From assembly GCA_017613995.1 (NCBI GenBank), contig JAGACT010000026.1, forward strand, positions 1 through 31,620: 31,620 nucleotides of DNA, written 5' to 3'. Source of the DNA: Eubacteriaceae bacterium (GTDB lineage: Bacteria; Bacillota; Clostridia; Eubacteriales; Anaerofustaceae). Each line of letters starts with the position of its first letter. The first letter of the stretch is position 1. The notes beneath the pieces were generated by a model. It was not told the DNA's origin. It did no database searches and worked only from the letters and a program-made list of their open reading frames with translations. The translations under genes and the position numbers were made by a program. Positions 16,946-25,563 of the stretch are shown piece by piece.

Positions 16946-16957
16946 AAATAAACTTAA

Positions 16958-18685
16958 TTACTTGTTATCCCTGTCCACAAGGGTCCCGTCGGAAAGCCTC
17001 CTGAAGCGGGAAACGAACTTCCAGCCCAGAGTCGGGTCGATGGGATGCACCTCATGGGCCTTGCCGCACATGAGGACGAAGTGGTAGTAGTCCTTTTTCT
17101 TCGTCTCGGGATCCGCGTAGAACACGTTGTCCACGTAGGCGTTGGAAGGATATCTCCTGTCGGGATAGAACACCTTCACGTCCATGCCCTCGACTCCCAC
17201 GGCGGGTTCCAGCCCGTCGCGGGTGGGGGAGTTCTTGATGCCGTTGAAATCCTTCCAGAAGCGGTACTGCAGCTCCTGGTTGGTCTCCTTGCTGATGGGG
17301 TATTCGCTCTCCCTGGTGCCGTAGAAGTACATCACCGGCATCTCGTAGGATTTTTCCTTCTGCTTTTTGAGGGCCCTCTTCAGCGGAGCCATGCCCGCCT
17401 TCGGATCGCTGGAAGGAGTGAACGCGGGGGGCTTGGGGGTGCCGGGCTTGGGCACCACGGCGGCATAGGTGCTGGGACGCACCGGCTTGAACTTGCCGAG
17501 GCTCGCGTAGGGGAAGGTGGAGTCTATCGGGCAGCTGGCCGCGATGAGCTCGGGATGCTCCATGGCAAAGAGCATTGCGAAGCCCGCCCCGTTGGAGAAG
17601 CCGCTGGTGTAGATGCGCTCCTCGTCGATGGGATACTTATCCTTCAGATACTTTATGAGTTCCTCGTAGTACTCCACGTCGTTGTAGGCGCCGGGCTTGA
17701 AGGTCAGGTTCCAGCTCACCAGGTTGGATGCGTAGCAGTATACGGTGATGAAGCCCTCCTTTTCTCCCAGGCGGTGGAACTTGGACTGCTCCGCCATCCT
17801 CAGGGGCGAATCCCCGGCTCCGTGGGACAGCAGGATAAGGGGCACCTTCTTTTTCGGGTTCTTTTTGACCGATGAGGGAACGCACTCTATCCAGGAATGG
17901 GCCAGTCCGCCGTTGTCGGGCAGCACGTGGTCGATGACGTAGTTGAAGCCCTCGTTCTCTGGATCGATGCGGCTGTCGGGCTCTCCCGCGGGGGAGATGT
18001 TGGCGCGCCTGACCTTCTTCATGAAGTCCCTATAGAAGCTTCTGATGAGCTCCCCTGTGAGTTCCTCGCTCTTAGCGTACTTCACGAACATGCTGGCGTT
18101 ATAGGGGCACTTCCAGGTGTTCTTTGCTGTCTTTTCGGCGCGGTTGGCGGTTATGTAGTAATTCCTGTAGGCCCTGCCGTTCACTATCAGGGCTGGCACG
18201 GCGGCTCCGGTGGCGTTGCAGGCCGCAGCGTCCTTCATCTCGCCTCCGAACAGCAGCACCGCCGCAGCCAGGTCCTGGCTGGGGCAGGTGGCTATCAGCG
18301 AGTTGGCCAGGGTGGCTCCGGATCCCTCGGCTATGATGAAGTGAAGGTCCGCTATGGCCTTCCAGCCGTTGGTATGGGTGCCGGAGAAGATGCTGGTCTG
18401 AAGGGCGGCTATGAGCTTCTCGTCGGCGGTCTGTTCCCTGGCTCCCTTGCTGACCCAGCCGTTTCGGCGGGGCACCGGGAAAGCCATCAGGGTGTGTCCG
18501 GTCTCGATGAGGGGGGCAAAGCCGCTTTTTTCGATGAAGGCCTCCACGCTTAGCCTGTCCGCCTTTTCCAGCAGCACCGTGACGGAGTCGCTCTTTACAT
18601 GATAATCGTATTCTCCCTTTGGATAGGCTACCCAGATCTCTCTGTTGCCGTCGGGAGTTTCCAGTTTTCTTTTCTCCAGTATCAT
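16958..18685 (-). CDS. two-module alpha/beta hydrolase (PHB-depolymerase/LpqP-like esterase), cytoplasmic
   Basis: C-terminal module 'PLILLSHGAG...GFITVY..SW..NDVEY..IDEERIYTSGFSNGAGFA..HPELIAA' and His in 'GKAHEVH'; N-terminal module has the same layout with degenerate 'IAEGSGA'; no signal peptide; SD AAGGAG. Confidence 0.8.
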   Translation of the reverse strand: MILEKRKLETPDGNREIWVAYPKGEYDYHVKSDSVTVLLEKADRLSVEAFIEKSGFAPLIETGHTLMAFPVPRRNGWVSKGAREQTADEKLIAALQTSIFSGTHTNGWKAIADLHFIIAEGSGATLANSLIATCPSQDLAAAVLLFGGEMKDAAACNATGAAVPALIVNGRAYRNYYITANRAEKTAKNTWKCPYNASMFVKYAKSEELTGELIRSFYRDFMKKVRRANISPAGEPDSRIDPENEGFNYVIDHVLPDNGGLAHSWIECVPSSVKKNPKKKVPLILLSHGAGDSPLRMAEQSKFHRLGEKEGFITVYCYASNLVSWNLTFKPGAYNDVEYYEELIKYLKDKYPIDEERIYTSGFSNGAGFAMLFAMEHPELIAASCPIDSTFPYASLGKFKPVRPSTYAAVVPKPGTPKPPAFTPSSDPKAGMAPLKRALKKQKEKSYEMPVMYFYGTRESEYPISKETNQELQYRFWKDFNGIKNSPTRDGLEPAVGVEGMDVKVFYPDRRYPSNAYVDNVFYADPETKKKDYYHFVLMCGKAHEVHPIDPTLGWKFVSRFRRLSDGTLVDRDNK

Positions 18686-18758
18686 CTTTTTCTCCTTGTG
18701 ATTAACTTGTGTGTTTGTTTTTTAAAGATCGAAGCGATACGCGGTATCTTACAGCTTT

Positions 18759-18787
18759 ATTATCGCACAAAACGGCATAAAGGTCAA
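18759..18787 (-). promoter_or_regulatory. promoter of the esterase-spoVA-like cluster
   Basis: TTGACC-17 nt-GATAAT with extended TG; sigma-A-like. Confidence 0.6.
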
Positions 18788-18883
18788 TCGAAAAGGACCC
18801 TAAATGGATAGGGGCTCCCGCACAGGAGGGTGCAAAAATCCTTCAGGAAGTTCCCCGGGAGCTGACCTAAAAGAGCGCTGTTC

Positions 18884-18912
18884 TGTTATAATCAGGATGG
18901 GCAGCTGCCCAT
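18884..18912 (+). promoter_or_regulatory. dnaE extended -10 promoter and 5' UTR palindrome
   Basis: TGTTATAAT at 18884-18892; perfect ATGGGCAGCTGCCCAT at 18897-18912. Confidence 0.5.
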
Positions 18913-18923
18913 GGGAGAAACAT

Positions 18924-21900
18924 ATGTCGGACGAAGGCATCAGAGTAGAGAACTTCACACATCTTCACATACATACCCAGTATTCGCTGCTGGACGGCTT
19001 CTGCCGCATCCCGGACCTGGTAAAGAAGGTAAAGGATCTGGGACAGCAGGCCGTGGCCATTACGGACCACGGCGTCATGTTCGGCTGCGTGGATTTCTAC
19101 AAGGAATGCCTCAGCCAGGGCATCAAGCCCATCATCGGCTGCGAGATCTACATGTCCGAGAGGGGCATGACCGACCGGGACGCCAAACTTGACCGCAAAA
19201 ACTATCACCTGATCCTGCTGGCCGAGAACATGACGGGCTACCAGAACCTGGCCAAGATCGTCTCCATCGCCTATACCGACGGCTTCTTCTACAAGCCCAG
19301 GGCGGACTACGAGCTTCTCAAGCGCTACCACGAGGGCATCATCTGCCTGACGGGCTGCATCGCGGGCAAGGTGCCCCAGGCGGTGATCGCCGGCAGCATG
19401 GAAAAGGCCGAGGAGGAGCTCAAAAACCTCATCGACTGCTTCGGGGCGGGCAACGTCTACGTGGAGATCCAGGACCACGGCATCATGGAGGAGCGCGTCG
19501 CCAACGAGGGGCTGCTGGAGCTGGCGAAAAAGTATGATCTCAAGCCCGTATGCACCAACGACGCCCACTACGTCAGCCGCGACGACAGCTATTACCACGA
19601 CGTGCTGCTGTGCATCCAGACCGGGTCCCTCTACGACGACCCGGAGCGCATGCGCTTCACTGGGGAGGAGTTCTACGTCAAGAGCGAGGAGGAGATGAGG
19701 CAGCTTTTCTCCTACGTGCCCGAAGCCGTGGAGAATACTAAGGAAGTTGCGAACCGCTGCAACGTGGAGTTCGAGTTCAACCACTACCACATCCCCGCCT
19801 ACGCCCTGCCGGAGGGCTACACCTCCGCCACCTATCTGAGGAAGATCTCGGAGGAGGGCCTGGAGAAAAAGTACGATACCATAACCGACGAGATGAGGGA
19901 GAGACTCGACTACGAACTGGGAGTCATCGACAAGATGGGCTTCAACGAGTACTTCCTGATCGTCTGGGACTATATAAAATACGCGAAGGACCATGACATC
20001 CCCGTGGGCCCCGGCAGGGGCAGCGGAGCCGGATCCCTGGTGGCCTACTGCACCGGCATCACCGAGGTGGATCCCCTGAAGTACGCCCTGATCTTCGAGA
20101 GGTTCCTCAACGAATCCCGAGTGTCCATGCCCGATATCGACGTGGACTTCTGCATCGACAACCGCTACAAGGTCATCGACTACGTCAAGGAAAAGTACGG
20201 GGAGTCCAACGTCGCCCAGATCATAACCTTCGGTACCCTGGGGGCCAAGCAGGCCGTCAGGGACATCGGCAAGGCCATGGGCATGAGCACCTCCGAGGTG
20301 GACCGCATCGCCAAGGAGATCCCCTCCCATCCCGGCACCACCATAGACTCAGCCATAGGGGAGGCCCCGGAGCTGAGAAAGATGATCGAGGAAGACCCGA
20401 ACATCGCAAAGCTCATCGACACAGCGAAACATCTGGAGGGAGCCCCCAGGCACTGCTCCAAGCACGCGGCGGGGGTGGTCATCGCGGACCGTCCCGTCAT
20501 GGACTACGTGCCCCTGTACGTGGTGGAGGGCACCCCCGTCACCCAGTACTCCATGGTCACCGTGGAGGAGCTGGGGCTTCTCAAGATGGACTTTCTGGGG
20601 CTTAGAAACCTCACGGTCATCAAGGACACGGTCAGGAGCATTAAGCGCAGCCAGGGCAAGGACGTGGACGTCGACCACCTGCCCCTGGACGACCCCAACG
20701 TATACGCCACCATCTCCAGGGGGGACACCAAGGGTGTCTTCCAGCTGGAGAGCGCCGGCATCACCGGGTTCATGATGAACCTGCAGCCGGACTGCATAGA
20801 GGACCTGATAGCGGGCATCTCCCTGTACCGTCCCGGACCCATGCAGTACATCGGGGAATACGTGGAGAACAAGCGAAACCCCATGGGCATCAAATATCTG
20901 TGCCCCCAGCTGGAGAGCATCCTGGACGTGACCTACGGCTGCATGGTCTACCAGGAGCAGGTCATGCAGATAGTCAGGGATCTGGCGGGCTTTTCCATGG
21001 CGGAGAGCGACAACGTGCGCCGGGCCATGAGCAAGAAGAAGGCCAAGGTCATCAAGGCCTACCGGGAGGACTTCGTCCACGGCTCCCCGGAGAAGAACAT
21101 CCCCGGATGCGTCCGCAGCGGCATCTCGGAGGAAGCGGCCAACAAGCTCTACGACCAGATGGAGGCCTTCGCCTCCTACGCCTTCAACAAGTCCCACGCC
21201 GCGGCCTACGCCGTGGTCACCTACCAGACGGCGTACCTGAAGACCTACTATCCCGCCGAGTTCCTGGCGGCTCTGATGACCAGCGTCATCGGCAGCGACG
21301 ACAAGCTCATCGGATACGTGAAGCTTCTCAAGGAAAAGGACATCGAGCTTCTGCCCCCGGACATCAACGCCTCCTACGACACCTTCACCGTCAGCGACGG
21401 GAAGATCCGTTTCGGGTTTTTAGCCATCAAGGGCCTCGGTGAGGGCGCCATAGCGGAGATCACCGACGTGAGGGAGCGAAAGGGCCTCTTTACCGATTTC
21501 GACGACTTCCTGGACAAGCTGGAATACACCTCCGTCAACAAAAAGGCGGTGGAGAACATGATAAAGGCGGGCTGCTTCGACAGCCTGGGACACACCAGGA
21601 GGGAGCTGCTGGCGGTGTTCTCGGAGAAGATGGAAGCGGTGCAGAGGGAACGAAAGAACCTGGTGGAGGGCCAGCTGAACCTCTTCGACATGCTGGGAGG
21701 GGTCTCCGCCGCCATACCCAGGACCCAGGGCACCCGCTACATCAAAGAGGAACTGCCCCTGGAGGAACTTCTCCGCTACGAGAAGGAATCCCTGGGACTG
21801 TACCTGTCGGGCCATCCCCTCATTAAGTACGAAGACAGCGTCAGGCACCTCGTCAACTGCGACGCGTCCATGCTGCAGGTGGGCGAGGACGGAGAGATGC

Positions 21901-22526
21901 AGGTGGAGGAGGGCAAAAAGATCTACATGATCGGCCTCATCACCGCGGTTAAGACCATGATGACGAAGGGATCCAATCCGGGCCTTATGGCCTTCGTGTC
22001 CCTGGAGGACCTCTACGGCACCTACGAGGTGGCGGTGTTCAACAAGCTCTACGAGCAGAAGAGCCCCATCATCAAAAAGGACCGCGCCGTGCTTATAAAG
22101 GGCACCATAACCATGCGCAACGACCAGCCCTCCATCAAGCTCTACGACATGCTTTCCCTGGACGAGGACGCCTACGCCATCGCAAGGCTGCGTAACTACG
22201 ACGGCAAGGACAGAAAGGCCTACGAGAAGGAGCAGCAGGCGAAAGTCAAGGCGAAGGAAGTCATGACGGTGGTGGAGGACAAGCTCAGCCCCATCCCCGA
22301 GAACGCCACAGTGGTGATCTCCATGGACCGTTACGTGCTGGCGGTGCTGGAGGAGATCAAGCAGGTGCTGGTGGCCAACGCCGGGGACGTGAGGGTCATC
22401 CTCTACGACAAGGAGGCTTCAATGAAGTACCAGGCTCCCAGGAGCATGTGGATCAGCCGCGAGCCGGGAGTGCTGCGTCAGATCGAGGAGCTGGCCGGAA
22501 GTGAAAATGTCAGGCTGGTGGTATGA
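18924..22526 (+). CDS. dnaE: DNA polymerase III alpha subunit
   Basis: 1200 aa from ATG 18924; PHP 'HLHIHTQYSLLDG' and 'ITDHG', 'GPGRGSGAGS', catalytic 'PDIDVDF', 'YAFNKSHAAAY'. Confidence 0.98.
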   Translation: MSDEGIRVENFTHLHIHTQYSLLDGFCRIPDLVKKVKDLGQQAVAITDHGVMFGCVDFYKECLSQGIKPIIGCEIYMSERGMTDRDAKLDRKNYHLILLAENMTGYQNLAKIVSIAYTDGFFYKPRADYELLKRYHEGIICLTGCIAGKVPQAVIAGSMEKAEEELKNLIDCFGAGNVYVEIQDHGIMEERVANEGLLELAKKYDLKPVCTNDAHYVSRDDSYYHDVLLCIQTGSLYDDPERMRFTGEEFYVKSEEEMRQLFSYVPEAVENTKEVANRCNVEFEFNHYHIPAYALPEGYTSATYLRKISEEGLEKKYDTITDEMRERLDYELGVIDKMGFNEYFLIVWDYIKYAKDHDIPVGPGRGSGAGSLVAYCTGITEVDPLKYALIFERFLNESRVSMPDIDVDFCIDNRYKVIDYVKEKYGESNVAQIITFGTLGAKQAVRDIGKAMGMSTSEVDRIAKEIPSHPGTTIDSAIGEAPELRKMIEEDPNIAKLIDTAKHLEGAPRHCSKHAAGVVIADRPVMDYVPLYVVEGTPVTQYSMVTVEELGLLKMDFLGLRNLTVIKDTVRSIKRSQGKDVDVDHLPLDDPNVYATISRGDTKGVFQLESAGITGFMMNLQPDCIEDLIAGISLYRPGPMQYIGEYVENKRNPMGIKYLCPQLESILDVTYGCMVYQEQVMQIVRDLAGFSMAESDNVRRAMSKKKAKVIKAYREDFVHGSPEKNIPGCVRSGISEEAANKLYDQMEAFASYAFNKSHAAAYAVVTYQTAYLKTYYPAEFLAALMTSVIGSDDKLIGYVKLLKEKDIELLPPDINASYDTFTVSDGKIRFGFLAIKGLGEGAIAEITDVRERKGLFTDFDDFLDKLEYTSVNKKAVENMIKAGCFDSLGHTRRELLAVFSEKMEAVQRERKNLVEGQLNLFDMLGGVSAAIPRTQGTRYIKEELPLEELLRYEKESLGLYLSGHPLIKYEDSVRHLVNCDASMLQVGEDGEMQVEEGKKIYMIGLITAVKTMMTKGSNPGLMAFVSLEDLYGTYEVAVFNKLYEQKSPIIKKDRAVLIKGTITMRNDQPSIKLYDMLSLDEDAYAIARLRNYDGKDRKAYEKEQQAKVKAKEVMTVVEDKLSPIPENATVVISMDRYVLAVLEEIKQVLVANAGDVRVILYDKEASMKYQAPRSMWISREPGVLRQIEELAGSENVRLVV

Positions 22527-22534
22527 TTTTTGTA

Positions 22535-22563
22535 TTGATTGAAGCCGAAAGATAACTTATAAT
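22535..22563 (+). promoter_or_regulatory. promoter of the zapA-cob-tig run
   Basis: TTGATT-17 nt-TATAAT. Confidence 0.6.
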
Positions 22564-22594
22564 TATAAGACAGGAAACTTTGAGGAGACGAGAC

Positions 22595-23119
22595 ATGGAA
22601 GAAAAGAGAAGAGTCACTGTTAACATTCTGGGAGTATCCTACAACATCATAACCGATGAAGACCCCGCAAAGGTCGAAGCCATCGCCCAGTACGTGGACA
22701 ACGCGGTGAAGACCACCAAGGCGGCCGCTCCCCAGATGAGCAGCAACCACGCGGCCATCCTGGCCCTGATGAATACCACGGAGGAGCTCTTTGCCACCAG
22801 GGAACTGCTGGAAGCCATGAAGGAAAAGGAAGAGGACTTCGAGAAGAACCTGGAGAGCGTCAAGCAGGCGGAGGAGCTCAAGCTGGAGCTGGCCAACGCG
22901 GACAACCGCATGAAGACCCTGAAGAACAAGGCCGAGAAGCTGCAGGTGGAAAACATCGAGCTCAAGGACATGCTGGACGAGTACAAGGACAAGTACAACG
23001 CCCTGCGGACGGAGTACGAACTTAACAGGAGGAACCTCAACGACCTGCAGAGCAAGTTTTTGGAGAACCAGATAGAACTGGTGAAGGTCAAGAAGTCCCT
23101 CATAGACGTACAGGAATAG
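22595..23119 (+). CDS. zapA: cell division protein ZapA with a long C-terminal coiled coil
   Basis: 'RVTVNILGVSYNI...IAQYVD...AAILALMN' then heptad-rich tail; 174 aa; SD GAGGAG. Confidence 0.85.
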   Translation: MEEKRRVTVNILGVSYNIITDEDPAKVEAIAQYVDNAVKTTKAAAPQMSSNHAAILALMNTTEELFATRELLEAMKEKEEDFEKNLESVKQAEELKLELANADNRMKTLKNKAEKLQVENIELKDMLDEYKDKYNALRTEYELNRRNLNDLQSKFLENQIELVKVKKSLIDVQE

Positions 23120-23171
23120 TAAGGAGCCAATGGCGGAGACGCTCCGTCATTGCTTTTTTGTGGTAAACGCG

Positions 23172-23780
23172 ATGCTAATATTTATCAGCGGGGGAGTAAA
23201 GGGGGGCAAGAGCATGTTCGCCCAGTACCTGGCCAGGAGCCTGGCTTCCGACGGGGCGAGCCTCGGGTACGCCGCCACCATGATCCCCTTTGACGACGAA
23301 GACAGAAAGAGGGTCGCAAGACACCTGGCGGACCGTTCCGGCTGGGGCTTTTCCACCTACGAGGAGCCCTTTGACGTGGGAAGGATATGTCGATCCATCG
23401 GGGCGAGGGAGGTGATCCTGCTGGATTCCCTGACGGCCCTGGTGCAGAACAACATCTTTCCGGACGCCGGGACCGTAAGGCTGGACATCACGGCGGAAGA
23501 TATCTGCCGGGGGATCTTCGAGCTGTCCGAAAAGGCGAAGGACCTCATCGTGGTGTCGGACTACATATTTTCCGACGCCTGCGTATACGACGAACTTACG
23601 GAATTCTTCCGCCGCATCCTCGGGGAGTGCCACTGCCTTATCGCCTCCGAAGCCGGCATAGTGCTGGAATGCTTCTTTTCCAACATCAAGGAGTGGAAGA
23701 ACCTTTCCGGGACGGATCTTACAAAAGTAAAGGAACATTATTACCTCAACTACGATCATCTGAGGTATTTCGATATCTAG
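23172..23780 (+). CDS. cobU: CobU/CobP-like adenosylcobinamide kinase/guanylyltransferase, paralog 1
   Basis: P-loop GGVKGGKS, 'YAATM..FDDEDRKRVARH', 'LLDSLT', 'IVVSD'. Confidence 0.8.
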   Translation: MLIFISGGVKGGKSMFAQYLARSLASDGASLGYAATMIPFDDEDRKRVARHLADRSGWGFSTYEEPFDVGRICRSIGAREVILLDSLTALVQNNIFPDAGTVRLDITAEDICRGIFELSEKAKDLIVVSDYIFSDACVYDELTEFFRRILGECHCLIASEAGIVLECFFSNIKEWKNLSGTDLTKVKEHYYLNYDHLRYFDI

Positions 23781-23782
23781 AC

Positions 23783-24532
23783 ATGATAAAAAGTTTTCTC
23801 GCATCCCTGGGGATGTTCACAAAGATAAAGGTCAGGGACAACGTTTTCGAGGATTCCCGCGGAGCGGCCATCCTGTGCTTTTTCCCGACTGACGGGCTCA
23901 TCTGCGGAGCCGCCAGCTCCCTGTGCCTGTGGGGCCTTCGGAGCCTCGGCGTCAGGGAGATCCTGGCGGGGCCCATCCTGTGCCTCTCTCTTTTCCTCGT
24001 ATCCGGCTTTCTTCATCTCGACGGATTCATGGACTGCTCCGACGCCCTGCTCTCCTCCCGGGACATGGAAGGAAAGCGCAGGATCCTCAAGGACTCCAGC
24101 GTCGGGGCCTTCTCGGTCATCTGCGTGTGCCTGCTTCTCATGATCACGGCTTCCTCCCTGGCGGTGATATATTCGTCGGAACTGGTCTGGTACGCTCTTA
24201 CGGCGGTGCCCTTTTATTCCAGGGCCCTCTTTTCCGTGGTGCTCTTCACCTTCAGCCCCATGGAGAACAACAAGGGCCTTCTGTACTATTTCAACAGCGG
24301 AAAAAGCGGCCTGCACGTCTTCTGCGTCGCAGCCCAGTGCGCCCTGGGCCTGGCCGCGTCATATTTCATTTCCCCCCTGCTGTGCGGCTCCCTGCTGGGG
24401 GCTTCTGCACTGTCCCTTCTTATCGCCAAGACCGCAGAGAAGCTTCTTGGCGGCATCAACGGGGACGTCATAGGGGGAGGGGTCATACTGACCGAAGCGG
24501 TGAGCTACCTGATCCTCGCCGTGCTTTTGTAG
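23783..24532 (+). CDS. cobS: adenosylcobinamide-GDP ribazoletransferase (cobalamin synthase)
   Basis: 249 aa from ATG 23783; 'GFLHLDGFMDCSDA', 'KDSSVGAF', 'GGINGDVIG'. Confidence 0.93.
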   Translation: MIKSFLASLGMFTKIKVRDNVFEDSRGAAILCFFPTDGLICGAASSLCLWGLRSLGVREILAGPILCLSLFLVSGFLHLDGFMDCSDALLSSRDMEGKRRILKDSSVGAFSVICVCLLLMITASSLAVIYSSELVWYALTAVPFYSRALFSVVLFTFSPMENNKGLLYYFNSGKSGLHVFCVAAQCALGLAASYFISPLLCGSLLGASALSLLIAKTAEKLLGGINGDVIGGGVILTEAVSYLILAVLL

Positions 24533-24538
24533 GAGGAC

Positions 24539-24937
24539 ATGATGATAGTAGTATTCGGAGGATCATACCAGGGCAAGACGGACTTCGCGAAGGAGCGCTT
24601 CGGCCTTTCGGATGAGGACATATATGAATGCGGAGGATGCGATATAGACTTCTCCCGCCGCTGCATAGACCATCTGGAGCGCACAGTGCTCTCCCGCCTG
24701 CAGGCGGACCTGCCGGTATTCGACTGGTTCGACGAACACATGGATGAGTTCAGGGACAAGATCATCATCTGCGACGACATATGCTGCGGGGTGGTGCCCA
24801 TAGAAAAGCTCCTTCGGCTCTACCGCGACAACGTGGGAAAGCAGATGCAGATATTCTGCCGGGAGGCGGATGAGGTCTGGCGGGTCTACGCGGGCCTGGG
24901 CGAGATGCTCAAGGGCCCCGGGAAGGAGAAGTCATGA
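24539..24937 (+). CDS. short CobU/CobP-like protein, paralog 2
   Basis: 132 aa; 'GGSYQGKT' and 'DDICCGVVP...YRDNVG..Q...ADEVWRVYAG'. Confidence 0.8.
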   Translation: MMIVVFGGSYQGKTDFAKERFGLSDEDIYECGGCDIDFSRRCIDHLERTVLSRLQADLPVFDWFDEHMDEFRDKIIICDDICCGVVPIEKLLRLYRDNVGKQMQIFCREADEVWRVYAGLGEMLKGPGKEKS

Positions 24938-25545
24938 ACACGGTCCTGTACCTGATACGGCACGGCCGCACCCGGGCCGTGGACGAGCACATTTACTGCG
25001 GCTGGACGGACCTGCCCCTGTCCGAGCGGGGCATCGCGGAGATCCGGGAGCTGGCCGCGGAGGGCATCTACCCCGCCGGCACGGACATCTACTTCACCTC
25101 GGGGATGAAGCGCTGCAACGAGACGCTGCAGCTGATCTTCGGGGAGCAGGACTACACCTCTGTGCCGGACATCATGGAGATGAACTTCGGGGACTTCGAG
25201 CTGCACGCCTACGAGGAGCTCAAAAAGGATCCGGACTACTGCGCGTGGCTGGACGACTTCGAGGTCGGCGAAGTGAAGTGCCGGGGAGGGGAGTCCAACA
25301 ACGAGTTCTACGAGCGCTCCGGCAGGGGCTTCATGTCGATACTCACCAGGATAACGGACCTGGGGCGTGAAGACGTGAAGGCCGCCGTGGTATGCCACGG
25401 AGGCAGCATAGGAGGCTTCATGAGAAGGTTCGTGGACAGCACCCTCGGTTTCTACGACGCCATCCCTTCCCCCGGACGGGGTTACAGGGTGGAACTGGAA
25501 CTGGGAGAGGAAGCGTTCAGAGTAAAGGGATACGAAAAGATCTGA
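24934..25545 (+). CDS. cobC: histidine phosphatase, CobC-like alpha-ribazole phosphatase
   Basis: 'LIRHGRT', 'EMNFGDFE', 'GGES', 'CHGG'; position in the cob cluster. Confidence 0.82.
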   Translation: MNTVLYLIRHGRTRAVDEHIYCGWTDLPLSERGIAEIRELAAEGIYPAGTDIYFTSGMKRCNETLQLIFGEQDYTSVPDIMEMNFGDFELHAYEELKKDPDYCAWLDDFEVGEVKCRGGESNNEFYERSGRGFMSILTRITDLGREDVKAAVVCHGGSIGGFMRRFVDSTLGFYDAIPSPGRGYRVELELGEEAFRVKGYEKI

Positions 25546-25563
25546 AAGGAAAGGAAGAATCAA

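Noticed and set aside
18924-22526. Intein or split in dnaE
   Set aside because: Normal length (1200 aa), continuous motifs, no intein termini
23120-23171. Cobalamin riboswitch upstream of the cob genes
   Set aside because: The gap is only 52 nt and lacks B12-box motifs
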